A stretch of 62,803 bases of DNA, the filler included, from Gonapodya sp. JEL0774 (Eukaryota): assembly GCA_027604505.1 (NCBI GenBank). It is 21 parts of 21 records of this genome, joined end to end, with 100 filler letters (N's around TTAATTAATTAA, not from the genome) between each part and the next. Parts side by side here need not be neighbours in the genome. Positions count along the whole stretch, not along the records: positions 36,053 to 38,940 come from JADIIX010001602.1; positions 39,041 to 41,926 come from JADIIX010001603.1; positions 42,027 to 44,912 come from JADIIX010001604.1; positions 45,013 to 47,897 come from JADIIX010001605.1; positions 47,998 to 50,881 come from JADIIX010001606.1; 16 more parts are not named here. One strand, written 5' to 3'. The notes beneath the pieces are model-generated. The model was not told the origin of the DNA. It saw nothing but the letters and a program-made list of their open reading frames with translations, and searched no databases. This document shows, piece by piece, positions 36,053-48,564 of this stretch (its first letter is position 1; each line of letters starts with the position of its first letter). The translations under genes and the position numbers were made by a program.

Positions 36053-38894
36053 GGCACTCACCTGCCCCGTCACCTTCCAAAACCTCCCCGAAAGCGCGTA
36101 CACCCACACCCCCTCTTTCCAGCACCACTCTGCCCACTCCATCGCACCCTTCGTGGCATTCAACCTCGGTCCATCCACGCTCTCCTTCCCCACCTCCTCC
36201 ACCCCATCCACCGCGACACACCCCTCCTCCACCCCCGCCACCGCCTCTGCGTAGCGTATCTGGAAGTACACCTGGGTCTGCCACTTGCGGAGAAAGGAGG
36301 TGTACGCGGGGTGGCCGCGGAGGAGGGAGAGTTCCGCGGGTGTGGGGCAGAGTGATTCGAGGCGGTGGAGGAAGGTGAGCGAGGAGATGTAGTTCTTTTG
36401 CGGGTGGGGTGAGAAAGCGGGCCACACTGTCGCACAAGCACACCAGGCTCACCTCATACCACCCCCCCACCATCCCCACTGCAAACACCCCCTTCCACCT
36501 CCCCACGGCCTCGACCGCCTCGGGCACCACACACCGGGCCACGAATGCGAACCTCGAGTCCCCACCACCACCTCCGATTCCCCCTGCACCTCCCGCACCA
36601 CCACCACCTCCACCCCCACCTCCGCCCGTCACCGCCACCGCCGCGGCGACCACCGGCGCCACCGCGCGAGATATATGTTCGAACGCTGTGGCGAACACCG
36701 ATGGGAGGTGCGGGTGTAGATGTGGTTGTGCGTCCAAGGTGTGATCGGGCAGGTGGGCGGCAACGAGGGGTTTCACGAGGTGTTGGGTGACGAGGTGTTC
36801 GGCGAGCGGGGTGCGGTCGAGGAGGAGGAAGAGGCGGAGGGTGGAGGGGAGGTGGGGCGGATGGGTGAGGGGGGGGGTGGGCGAGTTGGGGGAAGTGGCG
36901 GACGAGGTGGAGACGAGGGGAGCCAAAATCGCGCGCAGGGTATGCGACAGGGCCGTGTCGAGAGATTCCGAGACCTGTGCAATGCGCTGCGGGAGGGGGG
37001 GGAGGGGGTGAAGCCCGGTGTGGTTACGGCAAGCGCGGGTCGGTGCAGCGGGGTCAAGGGGGCGCTAATTGAGAACCCGAGACATCCCTTGCGGCCACTT
37101 AACCCCCCAAGAAACCCACACACGCACCCACTACCCACCTCCCCCAACTCCACAACGAACGGCGAGTCCCTCCCCCTGTCCACGGTGTACCTGAGCTGGT
37201 TGTACTCCACCGCGATCCTGTCGAGGAGTTTGAGGTGGGCGTCGTCGATGGTGGTGTTGGTCACTGGTGTTGTGGCAGTTGGAGTGTCGGCGGCCCCGGC
37301 CGTGGGGGCGGTGGAGGTGGATGTGGAGGTGGATGGGAAAGGGCCCGGCGCGAGGAGGTCAGCAGGTAGTTCGGCCACGAGGGACTCGACTTTGACGAGG
37401 GAGGCGTGGATGGAGAGGAAGAGGGTGAGGAGGGACTATGTGGGTGTGGGTGACGAGGGGGTGCATGGAAACACAGAAGAAACCAGGTGTGAACGGGAGG
37501 GGGACACGACAGGGTAGAACGTGCCACCACATCAAGAAAAAAGGTAACGCAAGCACGCACACAACCACGCAGCACACCATCAGCGCACACTCTCACCAGA
37601 ACACCCGGCCTACCGATGCACCCACAAACCCTCAATCCCCGCACTCACTCACCTTCTTCTCCCTCACCTCATCCAGCCTGTCGAGTTTGTCGCGTAACCG
37701 CGATATGGAGGTGGACACAGAGTTTTTGACGGTCTGAAGGGGGGGTGGGGGAGGTGGGTGGTTGTGGGGAGTTGGGGGGTCGGTGTGGACAAGAGTGTGA
37801 GAATCGGAGGTGAGGGAGGGCAGGGGGAAGACTGCGATGTGAACAAAAAGAGTAGGGATCCGAACAGTACTCCATGTGACCGGGTGGTACATAGTCTTCG
37901 CTGATCGTTCCATATGGACGGTACAAAGTCCCGCACAGCGGTGCAAGCCCCGAATGCCCCCATGCCACTCCCTCACGTTTGTCTCACATAAACACATCTC
38001 GAGAGTCCACATGGACCATTGGAAACTCTCTCAGCGGGCTAAGCCCGCACACTCCCTCGTTCTGAGCCGGACATTCGCTGGCTATAAACACTCGCGGTGG
38101 CCCCTCGCTGGCGCTCGGGTAGGGCTCCCTAACGTTCGCTTCACTCACTCCAGTCGCCTACGCTGGAAAATCACCTCGACTTCTCCCCTGACCCTGTTCC
38201 CTTGGACCTCATCCCTGATCCCGTCGATAATGCCATCGACCCCGACGAGATTGGTGGCCAGATTGATAAAATCGGCGGAGTTGCGGTTGATGAGGTCCAC
38301 GAGGTCGGATCGGAGGAGGGAGTGGTAGGCTGCGAGGTCTGTTCGGGCGGGGTGTTGGGCCGGAGTGTGTTGGGTGTCGGTACAAGGGGCATGTGGTGTG
38401 GGTGTGGGTGTCGTGTTGGTTCACGAGAGAATGGGGGTTGAGTGTGCAAGAGTGCGGTGGTAGAGGGGGGGCATGGCAGGTGGGTCGAGTACAGGGAGAG
38501 TCAGCGTGCTGGGGATTGGGACAACACACCTTGGGACAGCAACTCCAACGGGAACATCTGCCCGACAAGGGTAACGGGAAAATGGAATCAGCCATCACCA
38601 GACATGTGAATCTGTAATCATCGACCATCGTGGTTGCCGTGTGACCGTGTTCCCCGTGTCCGCTCGGCTGCCCCGACGGAGGGGCACACCGCATGACCGA
38701 TTCCACCAGTCCCCGTTCCCCTTGTTCCTAGACAAGAAAACAAGCGATTGAGCACATCTACGTACCTTCCTCTCGTTTAAAAAATCAGCCGGATTGAAAT
38801 TGTCTGGGGATTGGAAGTAAGATGGGTTGAACGTTGAGAAAGAGGAGTTTGATGAGAGAGTGGATGGAAGATGGGTGGGAGACATGAGAGACAT
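36053..38894 (-). CDS. COG2: Conserved oligomeric Golgi complex subunit 2, multi-exon, 3'-partial
   Basis: FNPADFL, LAAYHSLLRSDLVDLINRNSADFINLATNLVG and FLRKWQTQVYFQIR motifs. Confidence 0.85.
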
Positions 38895-39040
38895 GGAAGG
38901 ACCGGACAAGTGCGAGTGGTGCTGGGGTGCGGTGGATGCGNNNNNNNNNNNNNNNNNNNNNNNNNNNNNNNNNNNNNNNNNNNNTTAATTAATTAANNNN
39001 NNNNNNNNNNNNNNNNNNNNNNNNNNNNNNNNNNNNNNNN

Positions 39041-40419
39041 AGTGTGCGGGACTCGACTTTTCAACCACTCCTCCCCAATCTGTCGCGGATGTGGCAGCAC
39101 TGGCACCCTTGTACCCGTTGCTCGACACACTCACTCCACATCTGTTGCACATTCTTCACACTCCACATGGAGCGCTCGCAGCGCGCCTGTGCTTCCTCTA
39201 TGGTACTGCTCGCCACCGGAAGAAGATGCTCAGGAGCTTCCGCGGACACGTTCGAAATATAGCCGCAGACCGCCACGGTGCTGAAGTTCTCGCTGGAGCA
39301 ATGGAGTCTATTGACGATACGGTTCTGGTGTCTAAGATGATGTGGGGGGAGATTGAGAAGGGTGTGAGTGTAGGCGGGGCGGATGGAGACGACGCTGACG
39401 CAGGTGTCGATAGTAAAGAGGACATCAATCGAATTGAGACCAAACCAGCTGACCCCGTTCCTTTACCGGATGGAACAACGATGCGTAGGACAGCGGACCT
39501 TGCCCTCTTGCCTTCCGGATGTGCGTTGCTCCTCCACCTCCTTGCTCCTCGGAATCCCCGGTCGACTGATCGTACCTTCTTGGCATCGTTGGAGCGGTTG
39601 GATCCCATTCGAAAACTAACAACGAAGAAGGACGATAGTGTTCGGTGGAGGGAACTCGTCAAAGCTGTATCACCGAGAATCTTGGAGGGCCTGGTCGAAG
39701 GCGGGTCGTCAAGATTGAACACTGTAGTACGAGGTCCTGGTAAGAAGGTGGTTGTGGAGCTTCTGAAACACCCAAACGGTGAGGGGTTGGTCGATTGCTG
39801 TTGTTTTTGTTCGACCGAAGTTCAACGGGACTTGCGAAATTCCCTTATTTTTTTTCGATGTCCAGTTCCCAGCGATAGTTTACCTCTGCTACGACTTCTA
39901 GCACTTCTTGCCATGACACCTCCGCCAAAAAAACTGGCACCTCCGTCACACGCGGACCAATCACTGGATCTCACTACTCACCCCCTCCTTCACCGCACTT
40001 CACAGGCGCTTTTTAAAGAGCTGGTCACATCTCCCCTCACTGGCTTACCAGCTGGGTCGGGAGAGACTTTTCCAAGACTGTTGCTACAAGCGCTCGCTCC
40101 CCACATGCCCGCATGGATAGAACTGTTCGCAAGCGAGCCAAAATTCACCAGTGGAGCGGCCCTTGTGGTTGTGGCGCTAGTTGAATGTGGAGATGCTATT
40201 GTCACGAAGGGGGTTGGCGAGTCGGCGGGGAGCCTGACAATCTTGCAAGATCGCGTCAAAGAGTGGCGAAAGCGACAAGGCAGAGTCAACCCAAATGGAG
40301 AGGATGCACCAGGTGTCGCTCCCAGCACCAGGAAACGCGCGTTAAAGGGAAATCACAAACCCGAGGAACGAGTGGCGGGACTCACGGGCATTGAGGTGCT
40401 CATGTCAAAGTTTGCGTGA
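39041..40419 (+). CDS. PUF6: Puf6/PUM3 pumilio-repeat protein, C-terminal (CPL) part
   Basis: ILHTPHGA...YGTARHRKKMLRSFRGHV...SIDDTVLV and TKKDDSVRWREL motifs. Confidence 0.85.
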
Positions 40420-40561
40420 TAGACACTTGACAAACTATTAGACTTGCCATCACATCAATGCACATGGTGCTGTTGGAGAACATATAATAGTTTAAAAACT
40501 CAAAGCACTGATATACATATGAACACAACTCGCTTTGCAATAAACTGATAGTGTCAACTAC

Positions 40562-41926
40562 CTAAATCCGGAATGAGGAGTTCCTGACCACCACAATTTC
40601 GTCTTCAAGCATGACTACAATATCTCCGCCATCCCCACCCGCTCGGAATTTCTGTGCGACAATCGTCTTACTCATGTCTTTAATCACGCATGGTTCCAAG
40701 TTCCCGCGCGCCAACTTTGAAATATCCCAAACAAACAGATAGTTCCCCGAGGATGTGACGACAAAGCGACCGTCAGTGCTGATAGCCGACGCAGTGAAAT
40801 GGACCTGGAACGTCGGATCGTGGGAACAGACGATAACCACTTGCTCGGGTCTGAGATGCAGCCGGGTAGTTTTGTAATCAGAACCCATACGCTCCACGAC
40901 CAGGAGGAACATAGCGGTTGTAGCAACAAGGACTTGGCCGCTCGCCGTCACCGAAAGAGCTGAAATAGAAGGTCCAAGAGGTGGCACAATAGATGAATAT
41001 GTGCCACCAAACTGTCCAAAACTCCCAATCTCCCCGATAGAAGTGCCGACGAAGATGGCTCCTTGACCATCTGTGGCAATTGACGTGAGTTTTTCGCCAC
41101 GCGACGAGGGAAAATCTACGTATGGTGCATTATTGTCGATTTCTGTAGTCTGATCTGAATGGTCAAGGCGATAAACGCGGTCATCCGTGACGACCAAATA
41201 GGCACGTTGTTGATCATCTGAATGCGCATTGGCTGACGGGAGAGCAAGTCCAAGAGTGTTCGACGACTTTGGCAACGTCCACCGATTCAAGATGTCGCCG
41301 TGATCCAAATCCAAAACCCTAACCATCGGAGGACCCTCTGAATTTGAGAGTATTACAATTTGCGTAGTATCGGTGAGTAGAACGTCGGCAGCGGGAATGC
41401 TTGGGACGTTAGATGGAAGTTGTTGCTTCTCCATCAACGTCAAGGTGATGCAACGAAGATTTGAATCCCACGCTTCGGTGATACCGAAGGAAATTAAAGT
41501 TGATCCCCGAAGAGTGCATACTGTATCGCCACGCTTCCTGAGCATCAAGTTGCGATACTTGGTCGTTTCCGAATTCCCCAACTTGGTTTCACTGTTTGAA
41601 CATTGAATGTCCGCCGCCTCATCTTCCAATTCGCCATCTTCTTCGGGGGAGACCATTGTCATGTCCGTGAATGTTCTCGTAACAAACGGTTGCGAAGTAT
41701 CGAGTGGGCCACCAGTCGCCAAACCTTTAGCAGGAGACACATCACTGGTGATTTTGGCAGTGGATTCAAACTTTTGAAACAAATGCCGACCAAGAAACGT
41801 TGAATTGGGATAAAATATAAGTACACGACGTGTGGGACTCACCATGCCGCTACAAAATCTCTCCCAGAAAGGTAAAGCACCTTTTGGATCCAAATCAAAG
41901 CGGATTGCTCCCAGAGGGTTGTCGGG
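40562..41926 (-). CDS. Vid27/CYPRO4-like beta-propeller protein, divergent
   Basis: SIATDGQGAIFVGTSIGEI, PPLGPSISALSVTASGQVLVAT, LHLRPEQ and VTSSGNYLFVWD align by eye with the Vid27 C-terminal domain. Confidence 0.65.
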   Translation of the reverse strand, partial: PDNPLGAIRFDLDPKGALPFWERFCSGMVSPTRRVLIFYPNSTFLGRHLFQKFESTAKITSDVSPAKGLATGGPLDTSQPFVTRTFTDMTMVSPEEDGELEDEAADIQCSNSETKLGNSETTKYRNLMLRKRGDTVCTLRGSTLISFGITEAWDSNLRCITLTLMEKQQLPSNVPSIPAADVLLTDTTQIVILSNSEGPPMVRVLDLDHGDILNRWTLPKSSNTLGLALPSANAHSDDQQRAYLVVTDDRVYRLDHSDQTTEIDNNAPYVDFPSSRGEKLTSIATDGQGAIFVGTSIGEIGSFGQFGGTYSSIVPPLGPSISALSVTASGQVLVATTAMFLLVVERMGSDYKTTRLHLRPEQVVIVCSHDPTFQVHFTASAISTDGRFVVTSSGNYLFVWDISKLARGNLEPCVIKDMSKTIVAQKFRAGGDGGDIVVMLEDEIVVVRNSSFRI

Positions 41927-42026
41927 NNNNNNNNNNNNNNNNNNNNNNNNNNNNNNNNNNNNNNNNNNNNTTAATTAATTAANNNNNNNNNNNNNNNNNN
42001 NNNNNNNNNNNNNNNNNNNNNNNNNN

Positions 42027-42812
42027 TCTGTGGGACACGTGGCACTTGGACGGAAGCACACTGAGTTGTCAGAGAGTGCAGTCGTTCCTCTCGATGCCGA
42101 TATCGCAACAAGACCTCATCCGGCCGCGGAGAATCTCGGTCCATCAATCGAAAAGAGTATTGCAAAACGGGACTAGAGCAACTCCGCCTTCTTCGAGCTT
42201 TGGCGACCCTCTCGAACCCCGGGAGGTCTTCGCGAAGGAGGTCTGCCAGGTGATGATGTCGAGTGCTGAAAGTGTGGAGTGGTTGTCCCTGTATGACGTG
42301 TCGTGTGAGAGCAGCGAGGTGCTGGCGGGCCTGCTCAAGCGTTGCAGGAAGCTCAAAGCACTCCGTTTCGAGCTAGTCGCGCAGCAAGACACCTGGGATG
42401 AACTGATGCCACTCGAGGTACCACATGAACTTGTCCCACCTTGCAGTACCTTGACTGTTCTGTCGAACAGTTTGCCAACTCAGGCGACATGGGCCCCTTC
42501 AACTCCATGACAACACTCCACCTCCACGAAGTCGAGAGCCTCAGCGAGGTCGCCACAAATTCAGTACCTGTCGAAGCTCTCAACACTGAGATTGGCCAGT
42601 TGCTTGATGGAATGGACAGACGTGCTGGCCTTTCTGGGAACTTTGGGGCACCAGCTCCGTGCCTTTGGGCTGGCCGACATCGCTGGCAAGCACTCTTTGG
42701 ACACTCTTTTAAACTGCCGCACCTTACCACTCACCCTACTTTTCCGCTGAAGAAGCGTACGGTCCCCGACTGGGAACGTCAGTGCGGAGGACCATATGAG
42801 CTTGTCGGATGA
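42027..42812 (+). CDS. LRR-like uncharacterised protein fragment, possibly disrupted
   Basis: 'VEWLSLYDV', 'CRKLKALRF' and 'MTTLHLHEV' LRR-like strings lie in two adjacent frames. Confidence 0.3.
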
Positions 42813-45012
42813 TGATTTGACGCTTGGTGGGTGCGCTCCATTTGTTGCACAATCAGGCCGTAGAGTGGAATTTTGGTCCGGGTGGGGGAAACTTGGAAGT
42901 GCGAGATTGGTGATCAATGGACCTGGGAAATTGAGAATTGGACTTCTTCGTGTTTCCATGGTGCGATATTGTATCCAATGGGATCTTATGCAATGGCTCG
43001 CCCGCTTTCATGTCTGTCTAGTCCAGAGTGTGCGACCTTGATCGATCAGGACCATGTGCCAGGGTCGCACAATGTACAGCGGATCGGCAGATTAAAGAAA
43101 CGTATGCCCAGTACTGTGGCTATGAGTTTTGCCGTGAGTGGACAACGGATCGGTCACGGATCGGAGCATTTTAGCATCAGATAATGTAGGTAGACTCAAC
43201 ACTTTATGCCGACAGTCATTGTAGGGGAGACAGTGAGCAGTGAGCGCTAATCTTGTCCAGTCGGAACGAAACTGGAGCAGCAGAGTCGCGTCATGAGGGT
43301 TTCCCTATGTATGACATGGTGTTACTCATACCGCAACCGGTGCAGGCACCGAGTTTCGCCGGGGAATACTCCGAGTCAGTCTGTCTCACGAGGCAAACGT
43401 ACCAATGTAATTTCTGTCAAGAATTGTCTGCTCGGTAGTGGAATTTTCCATTCGCATGTCCTGCATGTCTGTGCCTGCAATGGGGTCAGTTTATGGGACG
43501 AATCGGGAGCAAATCCCAAAGGCAGGCACGAAAGGATCCCAGGCGTGGAGATCCGATGGTCAGAAACCCAAAATATTGCCGGATTAGGAAAATAATCATT
43601 ATCCGAGAGATTTCGCGTGGTTTCTCTCTTTCGGTGGGGCAAGCAAAAGGGGGGCGTCAGGCACGCAGTTGGTGGTGGCGCTGAGACAGTTCTGGGGGAT
43701 CCGGCCGCACGATTTCCCGATTCCAGCCAAACGCACGAAACCGTCGCAGAAGGCACGCGCGTCGCAGCAAACCACGAGAAGAACGTGACGAACAATAAGC
43801 AAGAGAAGCGACGAGCGAGCAGGACCCTCGTGGAGTTGGCCGCGTTTCAGGAACAAAGGACGAAGTCCCCAGAGGTCCCGTGTCCTGGGTTGGCGCTAAG
43901 GTCCCTTGGGCACCAGTCAAACGAGTCATTATAACATTGGAGAGTAGAGCGACCAAGGTGAGCTTGGACAGTGAGACGGAATGCGCGGCCGGGGGACAAG
44001 TGGGTCCTAAACCGCTCGATTGGTGTGAGGGGTGTGAAGGGGAAGGCCCGCTCGGATGCAGAGGGACAGGAGATGAGGACGAGGGTGAACTAGGACATGG
44101 AAGAAGGAACAAGGAGGAAGTCGCTGAGAGCGAGCAAAGAGTTGTCCAGGCTGAGGGATGGGCTGAGTGGCAGTTGCTGAAGCCGAAATCAAACGGCAGA
44201 GGTACAGAGTGCGGAAGAGCGCAGAATGGCAGAGGAGAGCGCAATTGGACAGAAGGAGAGAATGACAAGAAGAGTGGAGCAGGGGAAAGAGCGGGCGGTT
44301 GAGTGGTGGAGGTGGTGGAGAGAGGTGGAGTGGGAGATGGTGACGACTGCAGACAGACGCACAGCAAGCAACGCCCACAGCACGCTGGGAGACACTCGCC
44401 ACACTCGCACTCTGTCCGTGCACGGGCCACACTCCGCAGCATGCACGGAGATCAGTGGGAAGGGACCGAGGACAGGGTGATATCACCCTGCACCAGCCAC
44501 TCACTCACACCACACTCTCAACACTCCGCAGCCACGCAGCCACACACGCACTCTCGCTCGCTCTTTCTCTTTGCGCAGTCCCAACTACACGCCACACGCC
44601 ACACGCCACACCCGCCATGCACGGGCACTCGCAGCACTCCGCTCTTCCCGCATCCCGCGCCCCTCTCCCTTCCGTCCCAAACTCTGCCACGTCTCCCCTC
44701 TCGTCCCCTGCCGCCGTCTACCCCTCCCCATTCACCTTGTCCCCGCTCAACCCTGCCTCTTCCATCCCTGCTCTCTCCCCCGCCGCTTCCTCGTCTGCAC
44801 CCTCCGCTCCCAACCCACTACTCGACTACTTCACCTTCAAACCCGCTCCATCTCCAACACCTTACACGACTCCTCCTGAAGAGTCCCCGCTTCGCTCTCC
44901 CACAGCACACGANNNNNNNNNNNNNNNNNNNNNNNNNNNNNNNNNNNNNNNNNNNNTTAATTAATTAANNNNNNNNNNNNNNNNNNNNNNNNNNNNNNNN
45001 NNNNNNNNNNNN

Positions 45013-45226
45013 ATCCGACGACCATAGCACCGTCCCCAAGTGTGTGCACCAAGTTACCCACGTTCCCTGGTGTAGCTCACTAACCAATAATGCTACGACA
45101 AAACTGTAAGGGACAAACTTGTAGAGAATTTTACGACAAGTAATTTTGCTCAATTAATTATTCCCGAACTCCCACTCCCTGTTGCACTAGAGCCATCCGA
45201 AATGTCAAAACACCCACATCTCAACA
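45013..45226 (-). repeat. Family-A LTR copy, cut by the contig end
   Basis: The reverse complement aligns over about 214 bp with 16065-16279 and begins TGTTGAGAT. Confidence 0.88.
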
Positions 45227-46273
45227 GAGGATGAGGCAAAGGTCGCTCATAAGTGCAGTGCTTCTTTCTGCTCTTGGTGTATTGCGTCTCACTGTTTCCT
45301 GCAGAGCTTATGCTTGATGCAGTGGAGCGTGTAGGTGACTGGAAGAGACGTCAAATTAGATCCAGCAGCCAAAGTGTGGACCTGAATGACAACAACACTT
45401 CATCAATCCATGGGCCTGCAACATTCTCGAAGTGACCAAGGAATGGAGGTCCAAATGAAACATTGGCCCACATTGCAGCAGTTATTGCGGAGTCTATAAA
45501 AGAATCAGTGGCAGATTGGAAAGAAGCCGGGGAAACTCAGGGGAAGGAGGATTGGAGGGTGGCAAGGGGGTTTGAGGGTGAGAGGCTGATACTCCAGCAT
45601 GACGAAGCAGAGCAGCACCATTGTGAGTATAATGACAGGATGAGGTGTGAGCAAGAGGAGAAGGATGAAAGCAGCAGAAGGAGGAAGTGGAAAGGGACAA
45701 TATGGAGTTTGATCGCAACATGGCCATTATAAATGCATTGAGTGCACTAGTAAACATAGTTTTCATTTCTATTTACATGGTTAGGTAGTCCTCAATGTGA
45801 GGGGATTGTACTCTAAAATACAATGAAGTAACACACCATAAAAGCAAATATGGCAGTTTATCAGCAATACAGCTACCTGATATATCAAACCAACAGGAGT
45901 TCTCCCCATTTGCAAGTGTGGAATATAGTCCAAAAAGCCGAATGTGGTTGTCACCTTCACATAACCCACTTGGAAGAAATACACACCGCACTCATAGTGG
46001 CGTGCAGAGCAGCTTGTGCCGCAGAGATGTTAGCGCCATTGAATGGTGCCTGGACATGCAGTGAGCGAACATAAGCAGAGTCATCATACATAAGGAGGGG
46101 GGGCCTGGCGGGGACAATGGCTGGAATGACATCGGTCAAAGGGCGGGACTCATTGTGACCATCAATAAAAAATAATGAGCTTTTGAGGGGTTGGTGGCGG
46201 TTGCGACATATCAATATTATTGTGAATTGCTCAATCACTGTGCACTACTGTGGTCACTAGTACTTCACACTTG

Positions 46274-46497
46274 CCCCACACTCCAAGTCCAACTGCTCAC
46301 TACATAATTCCACCACCAGGAACGCTAGAGAGATCATTCAAGTACCAAAACGTATCTACTCTTTAAGGCAGTTCCAATGCATCTACCCCACACTCCAAGT
46401 CCCACTGCTCTCTACTTAACTCCACAATCAGGAATGCTAGAGACATCGTTCAAGTACCAAAACACATCTACTCTTCAGGACGGTTCTAATGCGCCCA
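46274..46497. repeat. Imperfect tandem duplication, 112-bp period, probably inside a 3' LTR
   Basis: ccccacactccaagtcc...ttcaagtaccaaaac..atctactct starts at both 46274 and 46386. Confidence 0.85.
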
Positions 46498-46564
46498 ACA
46501 GCGTACTTCAATCACTATCCAATGTTGAGCTTTTTGACATCTGAACTCTACCCATACTTCAATA

Positions 46565-47897
46565 CTCCCCCTGAAAGGCAACATTCTAATGTTGGCTTTC
46601 CCCTCATCCAAGGTGATCAATATGTGACATTCCCATGAACATCCTATGTCGCTCAAATGAATCTCGGGGTAGTGCCTTTGTCATAATATCGGCCACATTT
46701 TTCTGGGTGGGGACATACTTAAGTGAAAGTAATCCCTTTGCTAGTTGTTCACGAATAAAATGGTATTTAACATCAATGTGTTTGGTGAGCTTGTGGTGAA
46801 CAGGGTTGACAGCCAGTGCTAGTGCCCCCTGGTTATCTCCAAGAAGGATTGGAACACCACGATCAATTCTGCCATAGACATCAATTGTACTTGTTTCAAT
46901 GCCCAGTTCTTTAAGAAATTGCTTTTCCCACATCAATTCCTTTGTAGCATAGTGTTGAGAAACATATTCAGCCTCCACTGTGGAAGTAGCTGTGATCTCT
47001 TGCTTCCCTGACCACCAACTGACAGCTCCCCCTGCTAATAGAAAAACATAGCCACTTCTAGATTTCCTGTCATAATGATCTTCTGCAAAGCTTGAGTCAT
47101 AGTATCCATGCAAACCAGTATTGACATGCTTTGCTTGGGGATCATTCCTTCCAAAATATGTTATTCCAACATCTGGTGTCCCTGCAAGGTATCGCAGTAA
47201 CCACATAAGAGCAGCCCAATGAGCCTGACTGGGATTGTCTAATGCTTCGGAAAGGACTTTGACAGCAGCACAGATGTCTGGACGTGTCATTGTCATTATA
47301 TGCATGACAAGACCCACAAGACGTCGATATCGCTTAGCATTGGTACCCTTTTTCTCTTCTGCTGTCTTTGGACAGTCTGCCCTTGATAACTTCGTGCCTG
47401 GTTGCACTGGGGTACTCACAGGCAAGCAGCCTACCATGCCAGAGTCTTCAAGAAGCTCCATAACTTTTCTCCTGTGGTTGATTTTGATAGTGCATGTGAC
47501 AGGATCTTGAACAACTTCCACACCAAGCCATACACCAAGGTCTCTACTTTTAATTTAAGATGGGAGGCTAGCTCTGCTTCAAAATCATCCAAATGCTTCT
47601 GTAGAGGAGAGATTGCCAGAAGGTCATCTACATGTCCACCTAAAATAATCTTGAGCTCAGTGTCACCAATCATTTTCACAAACACAACATGATCAGTTTG
47701 CAACTGCTTAAAGCCCATTTGATTGATGAGAATGTCACTGAGAAATTTGAACCACACGTTTGCTGCCTGTCTCAAACCGTACAAGGACTTTTTCAGTCAG
47801 CAGACCAGATTTTTACCCTGCTCAAACCCATGAGGTTGTTCAAGGTAAACCTCTTCTGAAAGGTCTCCATGTAAGAAAGCATTAGAAATATCAAACT
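46565..47897 (-). mobile_element. Ty1/copia pol remnant (RT + RNase H) with polypurine tract
   Basis: LYGLRQA, HVDDLL, TRPDI, SRSGYVF, STVEAEY, GDNQGA, TKHIDVKYHF and ADIMTKAL; two frameshifts; AGGGGGAG PPT at about 46565-46572 followed by TATTG. Confidence 0.93.
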
Positions 47898-48020
47898 NNN
47901 NNNNNNNNNNNNNNNNNNNNNNNNNNNNNNNNNNNNNNNNNTTAATTAATTAANNNNNNNNNNNNNNNNNNNNNNNNNNNNNNNNNNNNNNNNNNNNATT
48001 CACTCAACAATTTTCCAGCT

Positions 48021-48367
48021 ACTGCAACCGTGCTAAGTCATTACTTAACCGTTTGGGCGTTAAATTCAACGCCCTCGAGCTCGATGTTGACAGTGAGCAT
48101 ACCGCCAACCGAATGTGCTCGTTTGCTTTACATATGTGACTCTCACCTCTTCTTGTCATCGGCTATCACAAAACAGGTAACGGCAGTGCAATCCAGGCAA
48201 GGCTCCGCGAACTGACCAAACAGTCCACTGTTCCCAACATTTTTATCAGAAGCCGCCACATTGGAGGCTGTGATGATATACACGCGGCAGAAGCTCGTGG
48301 AGCGTTGAAGAAGATTTTGGAGGGAGAATCCGACGAAGTGGCTGCTGCGTTCCCTCTCAAATTGTAG
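48021..48367 (+). CDS. Glutaredoxin, 3' exons
   Basis: YCNRAKSLL, LELD, TVPNIFI and HIGGCDD motifs. Confidence 0.88.
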
Positions 48368-48564
48368 ATTTGCACAATCTCATAACTTGTATGACTGGTG
48401 CGCTATTAGACTCAGCACTTGGTCGATTCGCATAATCTGATATGGGAGGTATTATTGAACTTTGTCGCTACAAGAATGAGAGCTCTATACAATGAGTGCC
48501 GGAAACGAAAGTGGAAATCACATTTGCTCGTGATGTCGGTCGGTCCGTCATCCAATCGATTTGA

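Noticed and set aside
35997..38706. Many long overlapping ORFs in GC-rich contigs (also 43600-44900)
   Set aside because: They are explained by stop-poor, C-rich introns and antisense shadows of real genes, and show no independent protein motifs.
46523..46564. 42-bp TATTG...CAACA as a complete mini-LTR
   Set aside because: There is no second copy or TSD in the window, and family-A LTRs also contain an early internal CAACA, so the LTR probably extends further.
48356..48367. Glutaredoxin C-terminal LKL as a peroxisomal signal
   Set aside because: Leu at position -3 is a poor PTS1 match and there is no other support.
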